Shown here: positions 49,422 through 60,821 of the stretch, piece after piece
How positions within the stretch are numbered: position 1 is the stretch's first letter
Layout: each line of letters begins with the position of its first letter
Assembly (NCBI GenBank): GCA_043228905.1
Contig: JBHGNT010000001.1
Coordinates: 34,224,001 to 34,288,000 of the forward strand
From: Azolla caroliniana
Lineage: Eukaryota > Plantae > Polypodiophyta
Direction of reading: 5' to 3'
Length of the DNA stretch: 64,000 nucleotides
Notes under the pieces: generated by a model
Told to the model about the DNA's origin: nothing
Database searches by the model: none
Seen by the model: only the letters and a program-made list of their open reading frames with translations
Program-made: the position numbers and the translations under genes

Positions 49422-50730
49422 ACGTATACTAGGAAATGGTGTATAGAAATAAGAGGGGAAATTTTATCCCACATTGTAAGGTCCCTCCCTCCTTGGGCTA
49501 TAAAAGGAAGGGAGGGGTCACTTATGAGGGGTTGCCTATTTTGCGTATGAAAGGTATACCACTTAGCCTAGAGTTCTTACCGTTTTAGGGTTAGGGTTTC
49601 GTTTAGGGTTTTCCTTATTCATCTTCAGTTAGGGTTTTCTCATAGTCGTTTGGTGCGGCCCATGCAGCCACCATTGTTGTAATCATTCGTTCGTTTTAAT
49701 ATAACTTGTTGAGTATCTTGCCTCCGCGATCTCTCCTTCTATGTCATGGTCTTATTCTTTCCTCTTCTCCTCTTGAGCTAAGCCTCCATATCATGTCTTA
49801 TTCTTTCTCCTCTACTCCATATCATGTCTTATTCTACACGCACGCGTGAAACTTCGCGACATCTTTGGTGAACCCGACGTGAAGGGCGGCAAGGGAGCAT
49901 GGAGATGGAAGAAGACTTCGACTTCAAGGAGATGATGGCAAAGATCGTGATGGAAGCCAGACGGAATATGGCGAAGCGAGATGCGGCTCAACAAGCCGTC
50001 GAAAGGGTGGTCAATCGAGTCGGCCAGTTCAATGGGAATATGGTTGTGCATATTCGGGTCTCTGTTGGTGTGCGTGCGTGTGTCCTAGTGTTTCTTTCTT
50101 GCTTATGTACATGTTCGTGCGAGTGTCAATGTTGCACGCCTGCTCACTCTCTCTCTCTCCCTTCGGTTGCTTCCGGTGTGCTCCTGGGGTGCCCCGAAAG
50201 GGGTGAAGCGTGGCTTCCTACGCTCCGTCACTCCCTAGTCCAAGACCCCCGTGGTCTCGCCTTTCTCCACGCACGCGCGTAACAACGCGACAACGTCGGT
50301 GCTTCTCTAGGAGTTCGAAAATAAACCGTGCCTCATGATATTGGAATAAACTATGCTCGATACGCGCAAGGTCCTATTGTTTGTCAAGTCAGTCGATCCG
50401 CTTGATCAAGAGAAGGTCGACGACGACCGGCCCAACTGTCGTGAAGAAGTAAGAGGAGATTCTGACTCGGTCAGAACATACCATAAGGTGGCTCGAGTCG
50501 GGCTCGCTTTTGACCAACGTGGTCGGGGGACCATCCGAGGGCGTAGCTCTGGAAGAGCTAACAAAGATGATGCACGATCTCCAAATCGCTCAAGCACAAA
50601 GATATGGCAGGGGTCAGTCACATGACTCGCGCCCTCTGAGTGACCTTAAATACATGTGGTGCGACGGTGTCGGCCACATTCGGAGAGATTGCGCTGACTT
50701 CGCCGAGTTGCTTAAGAATAACGTGGCCCG

Positions 50731-53022
50731 ACACACCTCCCCGTGTTTGCCCCTACCGGCTCCTCCGAAACTGTAACCGGTCGGTAAGGGTTTCGCACTT
50801 CGTCCGCCCCCGTCTTACCGACTCCCGATCCGCTATCTCGTGTTGTCGGGTCCTGTTCCCTACCGCCACCATCCTTCTCCCTAAGTCTCACGTTGCCACG
50901 TTGGCCGAACTGCTGGAGTCTCCGGATCGGTGTGAGGGTCCCATAGGACCAGACTCCGTTTCTCTGCTTGCCGAAATTCGGGTGTCTTTTGTCGGAGTCC
51001 TTTGTGACTCTCCTCGTGTCTTCCGCGTAGCCGGGTCCCGCCTTCGTGTTGCTAGGTCTTGTTCCTTGCCGCCACCAACCTTCTCTCTCGGCCTCATGTT
51101 GCCACGTTGCCCGAACTGCCGGAGTCTCTGGTTCGGTGTGGGGATCCCATAGGACCCGACTTCCTTATGCCCACTGACCTTGCCGGTAGGTCCGATTCGT
51201 TTCGTAGCTACTTCGCCGGCCTAATACCTTCTTTCTCTGCTTCCGTCGTCCGATCTCGTTCACTGCCACCACCGATCTCTCCTATAGGACTCACGTCGAC
51301 ACTCAGGCCGACAACCGGATCGGTGTGAGGATCTTCGTGTGACCTCGGTTTGCCTGCCTTGCCGTTGCCACCGCCAGTCACTCTAGATCTCACGCTGGCA
51401 CTCGGGCCAACCGTCGGAGCGTCTAGCGCTGGTGTGTGTAAGGTCACGGCACCGCCACTTGTCTCCTCCGTCCCCCTGTATTGGCCTCTTCGGCTGGTCG
51501 CGTTCACCTGCCACCACCGATCTCTCCTATAGGACTCACGCCGGCACTCAGGCCGACAACCGGATCACTGTGAGGATATTCGCAAACCACCCATCCGCAG
51601 TTCTTTGCCTTCGTCCCCTCGCCGCAGCCGATCATCACTGTAGGCCTCACGCCGGCTCTCGGGCCGACCGCCGGAGTCTCTAGAACCGGTGTGAAGGATC
51701 CTCCTCGGGCTCAACGTATCTCTGACCCTTACCTTGGGTCTTCCTTCTTTCGCAAGCCGAGAGGGTGGCTCGCTCCACACCCTCTCCCGTGGTACTGACA
51801 TACCGTGTTCCCGGCCTCTTCGTAGGCCTCCTCTTCCTCCCTCCCGGAATGGTTATCCGGAAGTCCGCTCTGCCTGGTTCTCGTTCGTCATTCTCTGGGT
51901 TGTCGGGTCCCGTTCTCCTGTCGCCACCGATCTCTCCTATAGGACTCACGCCGGCACTCGGGCCGACAACCGTATCAGTGTGAGGATCTCCGTAGGACCG
52001 GTCTTCGTTCCCCTCTTCATCCTTTGTACTTCTCCCGAACTTGTCATCGCTCTCCTTCTCGCGTACCCGCCTCCATCTCCCATCTCTCCAGGTCTCACGC
52101 CGGCGCTCGTTGCCGGCTGCCTGAGTCTCCGGATAAGACGTGGTGTTTCCGTCCCGTAATGATTTGCGGACGCTTGTTCAGGGTACCACTCCCCAAGCAC
52201 GTTCGGTGAGAAGCATCTGGACTTCGATCGATCAAGTGCCGCCTGCACTTGATTCTCCAATGTCCAGAGTTTCGGGCAGCGGTGTCCGAAACCTGCCGGT
52301 CTCTCTCCGCAACCTTGATCGCTAGCTTCCCGATCTGCGGCCTTCGCCTGGCCAGCTTGTTTCCTCATGTAAAAGAGGGCGATTTGTTTCACACCCTCTT
52401 CCGCGCCGGCACTATTGTACCAAACCGAGCCCTACCGATCGGGCTCTATAACCCGTCCCTAGTCTTTCGCGCCTTGGGCCGGTTTCGGTCGAGTCATCCA
52501 CATCCGGATTACGCTCCATTCGAATCGGAATGCTGATCTTTCCGTGCCGCCTCCGTCCTTGGCCTCCTCGCAGGCCGTTTCCCATCCCTCTTCGCTGGCA
52601 TCGTGCCAGGACTCCTCGTCGGCAACTTCCTTCTCTCCGGTCTCATGTCGGCACACGGGCTCGACCACCGGAGTCTCCGGAATTCGCGTGGAGGGCTCTT
52701 CTCCGCTCCCAACCTTGTCCTCGGTTGGCAATTCTCCGCAAGTCGAGAGGGTGTTTTGTTCCGCACCCTCTCCCGTGGCACCGTCGTACCGGTCTTCCAC
52801 CAGCGCGTGGGGCAAGTCCGTCTCCTCGGTCTCGGCTTGCGGCCTCGATCTTTCCTCTTCCTCGAGCATCGCCTCAAGAGCTGCGTACACCTCCGCAATC
52901 CTGGCCCCAACGCCGACCCTTGCCGACTCTCTTTGTCGTTCGGCCTCTTCCCGCTGTGATGGCACGCCGTCGCGCGCCTTCCTCTTAGCCTTCTCGGCTC
53001 GCTCGCCAAATGAGGTTACCAT
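50731..53022 (-). mobile_element. Unclassified GC-rich TE-like fragment with internal repeats
   Basis: High GC and CpG content like the neighbouring retroelements. Repeated ccaccgatctctcctataggactcacgccggcactc.ggccgacaacc at ~51268, 51513 and 51924. E/R-rich ORF 53022-52459; no domain recognised. Confidence 0.4.
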
Positions 53023-53059
53023 GAGAAGAAGTTACCATTGTGATTCTTGCAACCTAATG

Positions 53060-53415
53060 CCACTCTTATTATATAGCATTATTGTAATTGGTGTATGCTA
53101 CACACCATATCTAAGTTATATTGTCGAATTTAAGTTGGGACAATTTATGTCAACTCTAGGATGCACACAAACGAATGCAACCAAAAGAGTTATTTATTAT
53201 CTCAAAGGAACTTCAGATATGACTTGATTTTTAGTCATCACAATAACACTTCTAGTTATCTATGGTTGGCTGGTTATAACTTATATTGTTATAGATTGGG
53301 GTAGTTGCCCAAATACTTCTCGCTCTACAAGTGGTGCATGCTTCTTTACGGAAAATTTGTTAATTTCTTAATATAGCAAGAAACAACTTTGTGTTGTTGT
53401 GTCCACCACTAAAGG
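53060..53415 (+). mobile_element. Highly degenerate copia RT/RNase H fragment
   Basis: LGQFMS...KRVIYYLKGT; in another frame DWGSCPNTSRSTSG..F...LIS*YSKKQ..V..STT. Confidence 0.8.
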
Positions 53416-53712
53416 TAATGTGTTTTGTTCCAAGTGAAACATATTTGGATTCCTTATCATTACATGATGATGATGATGAGACAAAAGGGAGAGAGTGAGA
53501 TTCTATTACTATCAACAATATATTTCTTTCCATCAAATCAATATTTCAATTCTTTATCTCTCCTAGGTAAAGGTAATTATATTTCTATATTACCCTATAT
53601 GCAATATGGTCAAAGATATCTTTTATTAGATTTATGACAACAACAAATCATGAAGCTTTCGCCACATGATTATGGGTCCCCCCCACCATCCTCCCACTTG
53701 ATAGATGAATTC

Positions 53713-54007
53713 AAAAGGGTCCCTTTGTTTTCCCTTATGGTTCGGAGAAAACCTTATTTTTCAATCCGCCACACATCACCAAGACTTCCATGGGAGACGT
53801 TGTGATGCATGTTAGGTTTCTTGGTCAACTTTTCATACATTTAAATCAAATTTTCCAATAGAAGAATTTAAAGGGTCCTTATGGTTTTTACTTCTAGTTC
53901 CCACAAAACCTTATTTTATAAACCTTGATACATGACCAAGGCTGCCATCATGGGAGAAATTGTGATGCACATTAGGATTCTTGGTCAACGTTTCTAACAT
54001 TTAAATC
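53713..54007. repeat. Degenerate ~155-bp tandem duplication
   Basis: aaagggtcc...aaaaccttatttt...catgggaga..ttgtgatgca..ttagg.ttcttggtcaac...acatttaaatc occurs twice. Confidence 0.75.
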
Positions 54008-54880
54008 TATTTGTTATTGAGATGATATTGTTGTAAGTTAGAATGACCCGCTTAGTATGCCAAATCTTAAGGGACAGGTCAATCTATCTATCTATATATA
54101 TATATATATATATTGTTTTGTCCCCTAAGACATGGATATGCATATTCATATATATATATATATGCATATCCATGTCAAACTTTGGGAATAATTTGAGGAT
54201 GATTCTATACCGGGATATAGTTAGTTGACTCTTCAATTACTTGGTATCTACATGTTGCCTATTCCCTTAGAAATATTCTTACATGGTTTTCAACTATTAC
54301 AGTTTATCACATTTTTAAAGATAGATAATTTTCTAAGCCATTAAGTATTGATATTGTACTTGAACTCAATGTAACTAATGATTTATTATTTATAATTGAC
54401 CCACACCCAGATATGTATGTATGTAAATTCCTTAGATGCATCACTATTAAAGATAGTTTCTTTTGCGTGCTTCTTAGATTAACTTGGGGGGGAAATGCGG
54501 GAGGAGGAATATAGGGTTTCAGAGTAGGCTTTGAAAATGTAGGAATTGGGAATCAAGGCAACAAAGCGGATGAAGAGGTAGAAAAATACAAAAAAAAGAA
54601 CCACGAGGTTTCAATAGTCATCCAAAAATGTGAAAAGGATCTGGTTGAACGTGCTACTACCGAACAAAATAACACGTGTGATCTTCTAAGCCCATCACAT
54701 ATACAGCACAATATCTAGCTGCCATTGCAGGAACTTTGGAAGCTATAAAATGGAGGAGGATCGAATCACACGAGCCAAAGGGTAATAATAATCATCATCA
54801 TCATCATCATCCTCTTCATCCTCCTAAAAGCATATCTCTGCTACATACTTTCACTTGGATGCTACATACAAGCCACCACC

Positions 54881-57321
54881 ATGCCTTCATTACATTCACT
54901 TCTCATATATACACCCCCCCTACCATCCCAACCACAAACTTGGCCTGACCACATCAACTCCCCCACCCGGCACGAGAGTAGCCGATCGTCCGATTCCCCT
55001 TCCCCTTCCCATTCGTATGGCCACGAAGCTTTGGGCGCGCTGCTTGGCAAGAGATGGTTTCCATGGCAGGGATCAGCCTGGCCGAGCACAAGCTGGGGTG
55101 CCCACGAGAAGCTCGCGTGGTTGCGGTCGCAGGTCGTCGGACGTGACACGCATGTGGACACGCCATTCGGCCGGCACAAAATGGTGTACGCCGACCACAC
55201 TGCCAGCGGCATGGCGCTTGACTTTGTTGAGGATTTCATGCTGCACAATGTCCTCCCATTCTACGGTATTTGAACGAAAACCTACTAGTCTACTCTAGCA
55301 CCCATTCCCATGATTATGGATCAACCCATCCCTTCTCTCATAACCTCAAGAATAAACCCAATTGTGTTTATTCTTCTGGGCAGGGAACACCCACACTGAG
55401 GACAGCTATGTTGGGCGGGTTATGAGCCGGATGGTCCATGAATCCGAATCGTATATCAAGCAGCAGTTGGGCGGATCGGCGGCGGAGCATGTGTTGCTCT
55501 TCTGTGGGTCAGGTGCCACTGCGGCCCTCAAGCGGCTCCAGGAAGTCATTGGAGTTGCTATATCCCCCCTGCTCCGATCTCACGTCCTAAGAAGCTTGGA
55601 AGAAGAGAAGAGTGATTTTAGCAGTATCCCGCGATGGGTTGTGTTCACAGGCCCCTACGAGCACCACTCCAACCTCCTCTCATGGCGACAGAGCTTGGCA
55701 GAGGTATGAATAAATTAGTAGGTAATACCGCATATAGATATAACGGCATTATGTATATATATGCATGAAAATTGCCATTAAAAGTTGCTGCTCATTAACG
55801 TTTAGGTGGTAGAGATCCCTGCTGATGGTGGCCAAGAGGGTAGGATCGATATGAAGGAGCTGGAGAACGCTCTTCGCAGGTACTCCACCATGGACGGCCC
55901 TAAGAGGAGGCTTCTGGGCTCTTTCTCGGCATGCAGCAACGTCACGGGCCTCCTAACCGATACCCGAGCCGTGGCTCGCCTCCTTCACAAGTACGGAGCA
56001 TTCGCCTGCTTCGATTTCGCAGCAGGGTAAGACCGTCTACTATTGACATTAACGTTCTGTGGATTCGTTAAGCAACTGTAGAATGTTCCTCCGTTCGTTC
56101 ATTATTAACCCATGAATGCGCCGCATTGCAGAGCTCCACACGAAGAGATCGACATGAAGTCACCACATTCAGCATTGTCTGAAACAGGAGAGGAGGATGA
56201 AGTGGGATACTACGATGCGGTGGTGATGAGCCCGCACAAGATGATGGGGGGCCCGGGGACGCCGGGGCTGTTGCTCATGCGCCGTGCCCTCTATGGGCTG
56301 CAACATACGGCGCCGTCTACGGCAGGTGGGGGTACGGTGTTGTACGTCAACGGCTTCAGCGAAGAGGTGTGATTATGTTTGTGGCCGTCCTTGTATGTTC
56401 CCGTAGTCGTGATTTAAGTGTTGTCCTGGTCACTTCTGTATGTGTGACCCAACTGTAATGCTTTGATGTTCTCCTTTGATCAGGACACTTTGTATCATAA
56501 CGATATCGAAGCGCGGGAGGATGCCGGCACTCCAGCGATTCTCGGGAAGATCCGCTGCGCTCTCGCATTTTGGGTCAAGGAATTTGTAGGAATCGAGACC
56601 ATCCGACAAATAGAATCATTCTACATCAACAAGGCCACACAGAAACTGTCGAACCATCCCAATATAAAAATATTAGGCAAAAAATCCACGATGCCGAGAA
56701 TGCACAGTGGGGCCTCTATCTTGTCATTTCATGTTGTTGGCCATAATTCGAAGCCTGTGCATGGGGGGTATGTTGTCCGGCTTCTCAATGATTTGTTCGG
56801 GATCCAGGCTCGTGCGGGTTGTGCTTGTGCTGAGCCATTTGGGCACTACTTGTTAGGCATTGACAAAGAGACATCTTTAACAATACGAGATGGAATAAAA
56901 AAGGTTTGTGCACGAAAATACTAGCTGGCCCGCCTTGACTTTCGGGTAATATGTGGCCACTAACTTTTAACTCTTTGGATGATGTGATTTTCAGGGATAT
57001 GAAGGACTGAAACCTAGTTGGACCCGTGTCAGTTTTAGTTACAATATGTTCGAAGAGGAGGTGAATCTTGTGATTTCATCAATCGAGTGGGTAGCCAATT
57101 ATGGCCACCATTTACTTCCTATATACCATTTCGATTTGGAAACAGGAAATTGGACATTCAGGTGTCCTTCCGAATCAGAGCTTCTTGTTTTGCATAATAT
57201 TGATAGAAAGTTTAATGACCACGATTCTTTCAACCTCTCCAATTTGCTCGAAAGAGTTTTAATGAAACACCACGTGGTAACCTTAGGAGACAGAGGCCAA
57301 AATTATATCAAGAATCATTGA
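54881..57321 (+). CDS. Class-V PLP aminotransferase / cysteine-desulfurase-like protein, paralog 2 (6 exons)
   Basis: Exons ~54881-55265, 55384-55703, 55806-56026, 56131-56366, 56484-56902, 56995-57321. Same motifs and intron positions as paralog 1. Confidence 0.88.
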
Positions 57322-58768
57322 TGTATATTTCAACACATCGTTGAGTACATGGCCAAAGTTTTCCTTTCTAATCAAATTAGTGCTACCTTAATTATTTTTC
57401 AGTTATCTGAGTATGAGCATGTAAGTAATCATGAAGCCTCATCTCTTGTGAGGCCCTGTCTCCAAACTATCCCTGATCACTTCTACATACTATAGCATTG
57501 GCAAGATTTCAACCTCGCAGCATAATCCTATCCAATACATGACCTTTTTCATGTGTCAATGGTGATGATTGACAAAATGATACCTTCCTCGGGGGACAAC
57601 GCTTTTGTTTATAATCTCGAAAATTGCAGCTTTTTAAATAAATGATTGTCAACGTAACAAGTAACACAATAAAGCTGTGTGAACAGTGAACACCACTTTG
57701 TGGGATATGTCCATGCTTTGAAGTCCAATATTCAGTTAATGAATGGTGTTACCTTTGTTCTCAATGAAATTGATATTGTAGATACCCCACTCTTCTCTCA
57801 TTGTTTGGCCCACACTAGTTTTAGTATCTACTTGTATTGAAGTTCTACATACTTCAGCTTACATTATACAAAGTCCCATAGTACGTAACATACTCAAATG
57901 CATTTGCAAACATTCCTTTTCATACGTTTGCAAACGCAAATGGAAGCTTATGTTATGAAAACATAGTTATGTTTTTATTTTTTTAAGTTTTTTACCTTAA
58001 AAATAGTTTTACCTTATAATCAATAATGAATACAAAGGTATGGTATTTACCATACTTCAAGGGTGTTTACCATACTTGAATGTGAATACACGTATGGTAC
58101 ATATGGTTCATACTATAAGCTATCTATGATTTATATGTGGTCTACTTGTCTATGTGAAAAACGAGAATTTATGTTAATAAATGACTCGATTCTAGACGAT
58201 ACCTTTGCATTTAATAAAATTGATATATTCAATATATTCCACCTACTCTTGCATATATTGGTGTGTCTCAATCATGAGGAGCATATACTATCCTGGGACA
58301 AACTCTTATATTCTTCTAGGGTGTGTCCCAACTTCAAAATGCTCAATTGGAGTTCCAAAAGACAATGTGCAACTCATGGATTGCACATCCCTATTAGATG
58401 TAAATGGCATATTTTGTTCATAATTACATGACCTTCATGTTAGGCAACCTACCTCTTTGCATTTAGTTTATGCTTGTAAGATTTGTGGCATACATTGTTT
58501 TCTATGGTAAATTTGAGTCTTTGTCAAGCTTTACTCCAGGAAAACAGGGGAGCCATACTACCCTCATAGTACGCCTCACTTGTTGAAGAAGGCAATTATT
58601 CCAAACTTCATTTGGAAATTGTAATATCCCTGAATGATCAAATTACATACTTTGAAAATACAAATTTTTGTTAGTTTGGTTCCATGTAGATCCCAAATAG
58701 GGTGAAGATAACATATAATTAGCCAAATGGCCCAAATAACGGGGGTAAAGAGGAAGATGTATACATAT

Positions 58769-60131
58769 TGTGGTGTGCATGTGTTCCTTTGTGCCACCAT
58801 TTTAGCACACCCTTTTTAGGATGCATGTACGTAAGCCGAGCCACCCTTTTAGCACACCCTTTTTAGCTAATCCAACCCAAATGGGTTCCTTTGTATCAAC
58901 TTTAAATTGAGTAAGAAGTAAGATTTGATCTCTTATGTGCATTTCACATATTGATGGAGAAGTGGGGTAGTAGTACCCCACTTCCCAGCATCCACCTCTT
59001 CCCCCTCACCTTAGGTTGGCCACTAACTTCTTGTCCCACGATTTTCTTTGATCTCCCTCCTACACAATAGCCCTCATGTCCCCCACCTCAGCCAAGTCCA
59101 CAAAGCAACACATGCACACCACATTTCCCCCCTGAGAGAAACAAGAGACTGAGGAGGAGGAACAAGAACAAGAACAGGAGCAGTGGTTTGTCGAAGGAGG
59201 GGGAGTGTCTGTTGGAGATGAACCTCCCAAGTGTCACTATCTATGTTGGCATGTTTCAAATGGACATCAATGGACAATTCTAGTGAGAGGCGAGGGTTAC
59301 GCCCATAGAGTGCTCGGAAAGGGTTGATCCGTGTCAACGCATGTACGGATGTATTGTAGGCGTGGGGGACGAAAGACAAGATTTGATCCCTGATTTTGTT
59401 GCATGGATCAATGCAAGCGGCAATCTACTTCTTGAGGGTCTTGTTGAGGCGTCCGGTGAGGCCATTTGTTTGAGGATGATATGGGGACTTAAGTACCTCT
59501 TGGACACCTAGTTGAGGTGCAACGACGTTGAGGACATCCCCGTGGAACTGGCGGCCTTGATCATATAATAGTTGGATGGGGCTAATGACAGAAAACGAGC
59601 TAGCAATTGGTGGATAGAGATCAATCTCTCCTGTGGACTGAGGGCCACCTGGACTTGGCTGAGGTGGGGGACATGAGGGCTATAGGCTGATAGAGATCAA
59701 TCGCTCCTGTGGATTGAGGGCCACCTGGACTTGGCTGAGGTGTGGGATAGGAGGGTTATAGGCGGATAGAGATTAATCACTCCTATGGACTGAGAACTAC
59801 CTGGACCTAGCTGAGGTGGAGGATAGGGGGAATCGGGGAAACTCGTGGGACAAGAAGTTCGTGGGCAACCTAAGGTGAGGGGGAAGAGGTGGATGCTTGG
59901 ACGTGGGGGACTAGTACCCCACTTCTCCACCAATATGTGAAATGCACATAAGAGATCAAAACCAGCCTACTTAACTTATTACTTCTTACTCAATTTATAG
60001 TTGATACAGAGATACCCATTTGGGTTGGCTTAGCTAAAAAGGGTGTGCTAAAAGGGTGGGTCAACTTTGGTACATGCATCCTAAATAGGGTGTGCTAAAA
60101 TGGTGGCACAGAGGAACACATGCACACCACA
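58769..60131 (-). mobile_element. Non-autonomous Ginger-like TIR element with retroviral-type integrase remnant
   Basis: TGT...ACA ends; ~290-bp inverted repeats (58769-~59060 / ~59825-60131); ATAT on both sides. The internal minus-strand frame reads DQGRQF...SPYHPQTNGL.GRLNKTLK...AYNTSVH...PF..LYGR.PR. Confidence 0.8.
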
Positions 60132-60821
60132 ATATAATATTCACTAAAGAATATTGCACATTAAGGCCTGTTTGCCAGATGATTGATCTAGAGCAATCAT
60201 GAATATATAGCAAAAACAAAACAAATCACGACTCCAGAGAGGGTTAGAAGATTCAGAGGGCATATGACCTAATTTCATGAATGTAATCCATGCGTCTATC
60301 AACAAAGTTTGATGTCTGTTATTATAAAAGCTTATTATTGTTAGTTGTAGTGTAAGGAAATCAAAGAAAAGAACCCCCGATAGACCCACCAAGGAATGTG
60401 TTGCAAGACGTGTAATGACCACTTCAGAAATAAGACTTCCAGGCGTGGGAGCAAGGGAAAGATATGGTCCTTTTTTTAATTGAGTTATTCTATTTGTTAA
60501 ATTAATTGAACCGGTCAAATTTTCGTTCTTATCTTGGGCGTCGCTTTTCATGGGGCAAAACAACTACTATATGGGGTATATATATATGTAGAACATTATA
60601 CTCCAAGTTAACACTAAGAGTGAAACATCGGACAGTAGCCCAACCATCACTCGGCTAAACCTAACTTCTAGTTACATACACTTAACCTACGCAACACCTA
60701 AATCTAGTTAGCATTCACAATCCAAAGAGTTATCACTGCTAGTAGCACCCAAAGCATCGCTGCTACCTTCTCTCCTTAAGCCCTTAAAACCCGAAACCCT
60801 CAATACCACATCAAAGTAGTC

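Larger units (their letters stand above)
47886..50730 (+). mobile_element. Degenerate gypsy element E (5' LTR, tRNA-Trp PBS, gag remnant) with nested LTRs
   Basis: LTR tgttgtgaag at 47886 to cgcgaca at 49861. PBS at 49866. Gag pieces VGQFNG, LDTRKVLLFVK, MWCDGVGHIRRDC. An LTR 3' fragment at ~50041-50292 sits inside gag. Confidence 0.78.

Noticed and set aside
50436-50450. tgtcgtgaagaa resembling another LTR start
   Set aside because: It reads through as gag coding sequence of element E; no matching LTR body follows.
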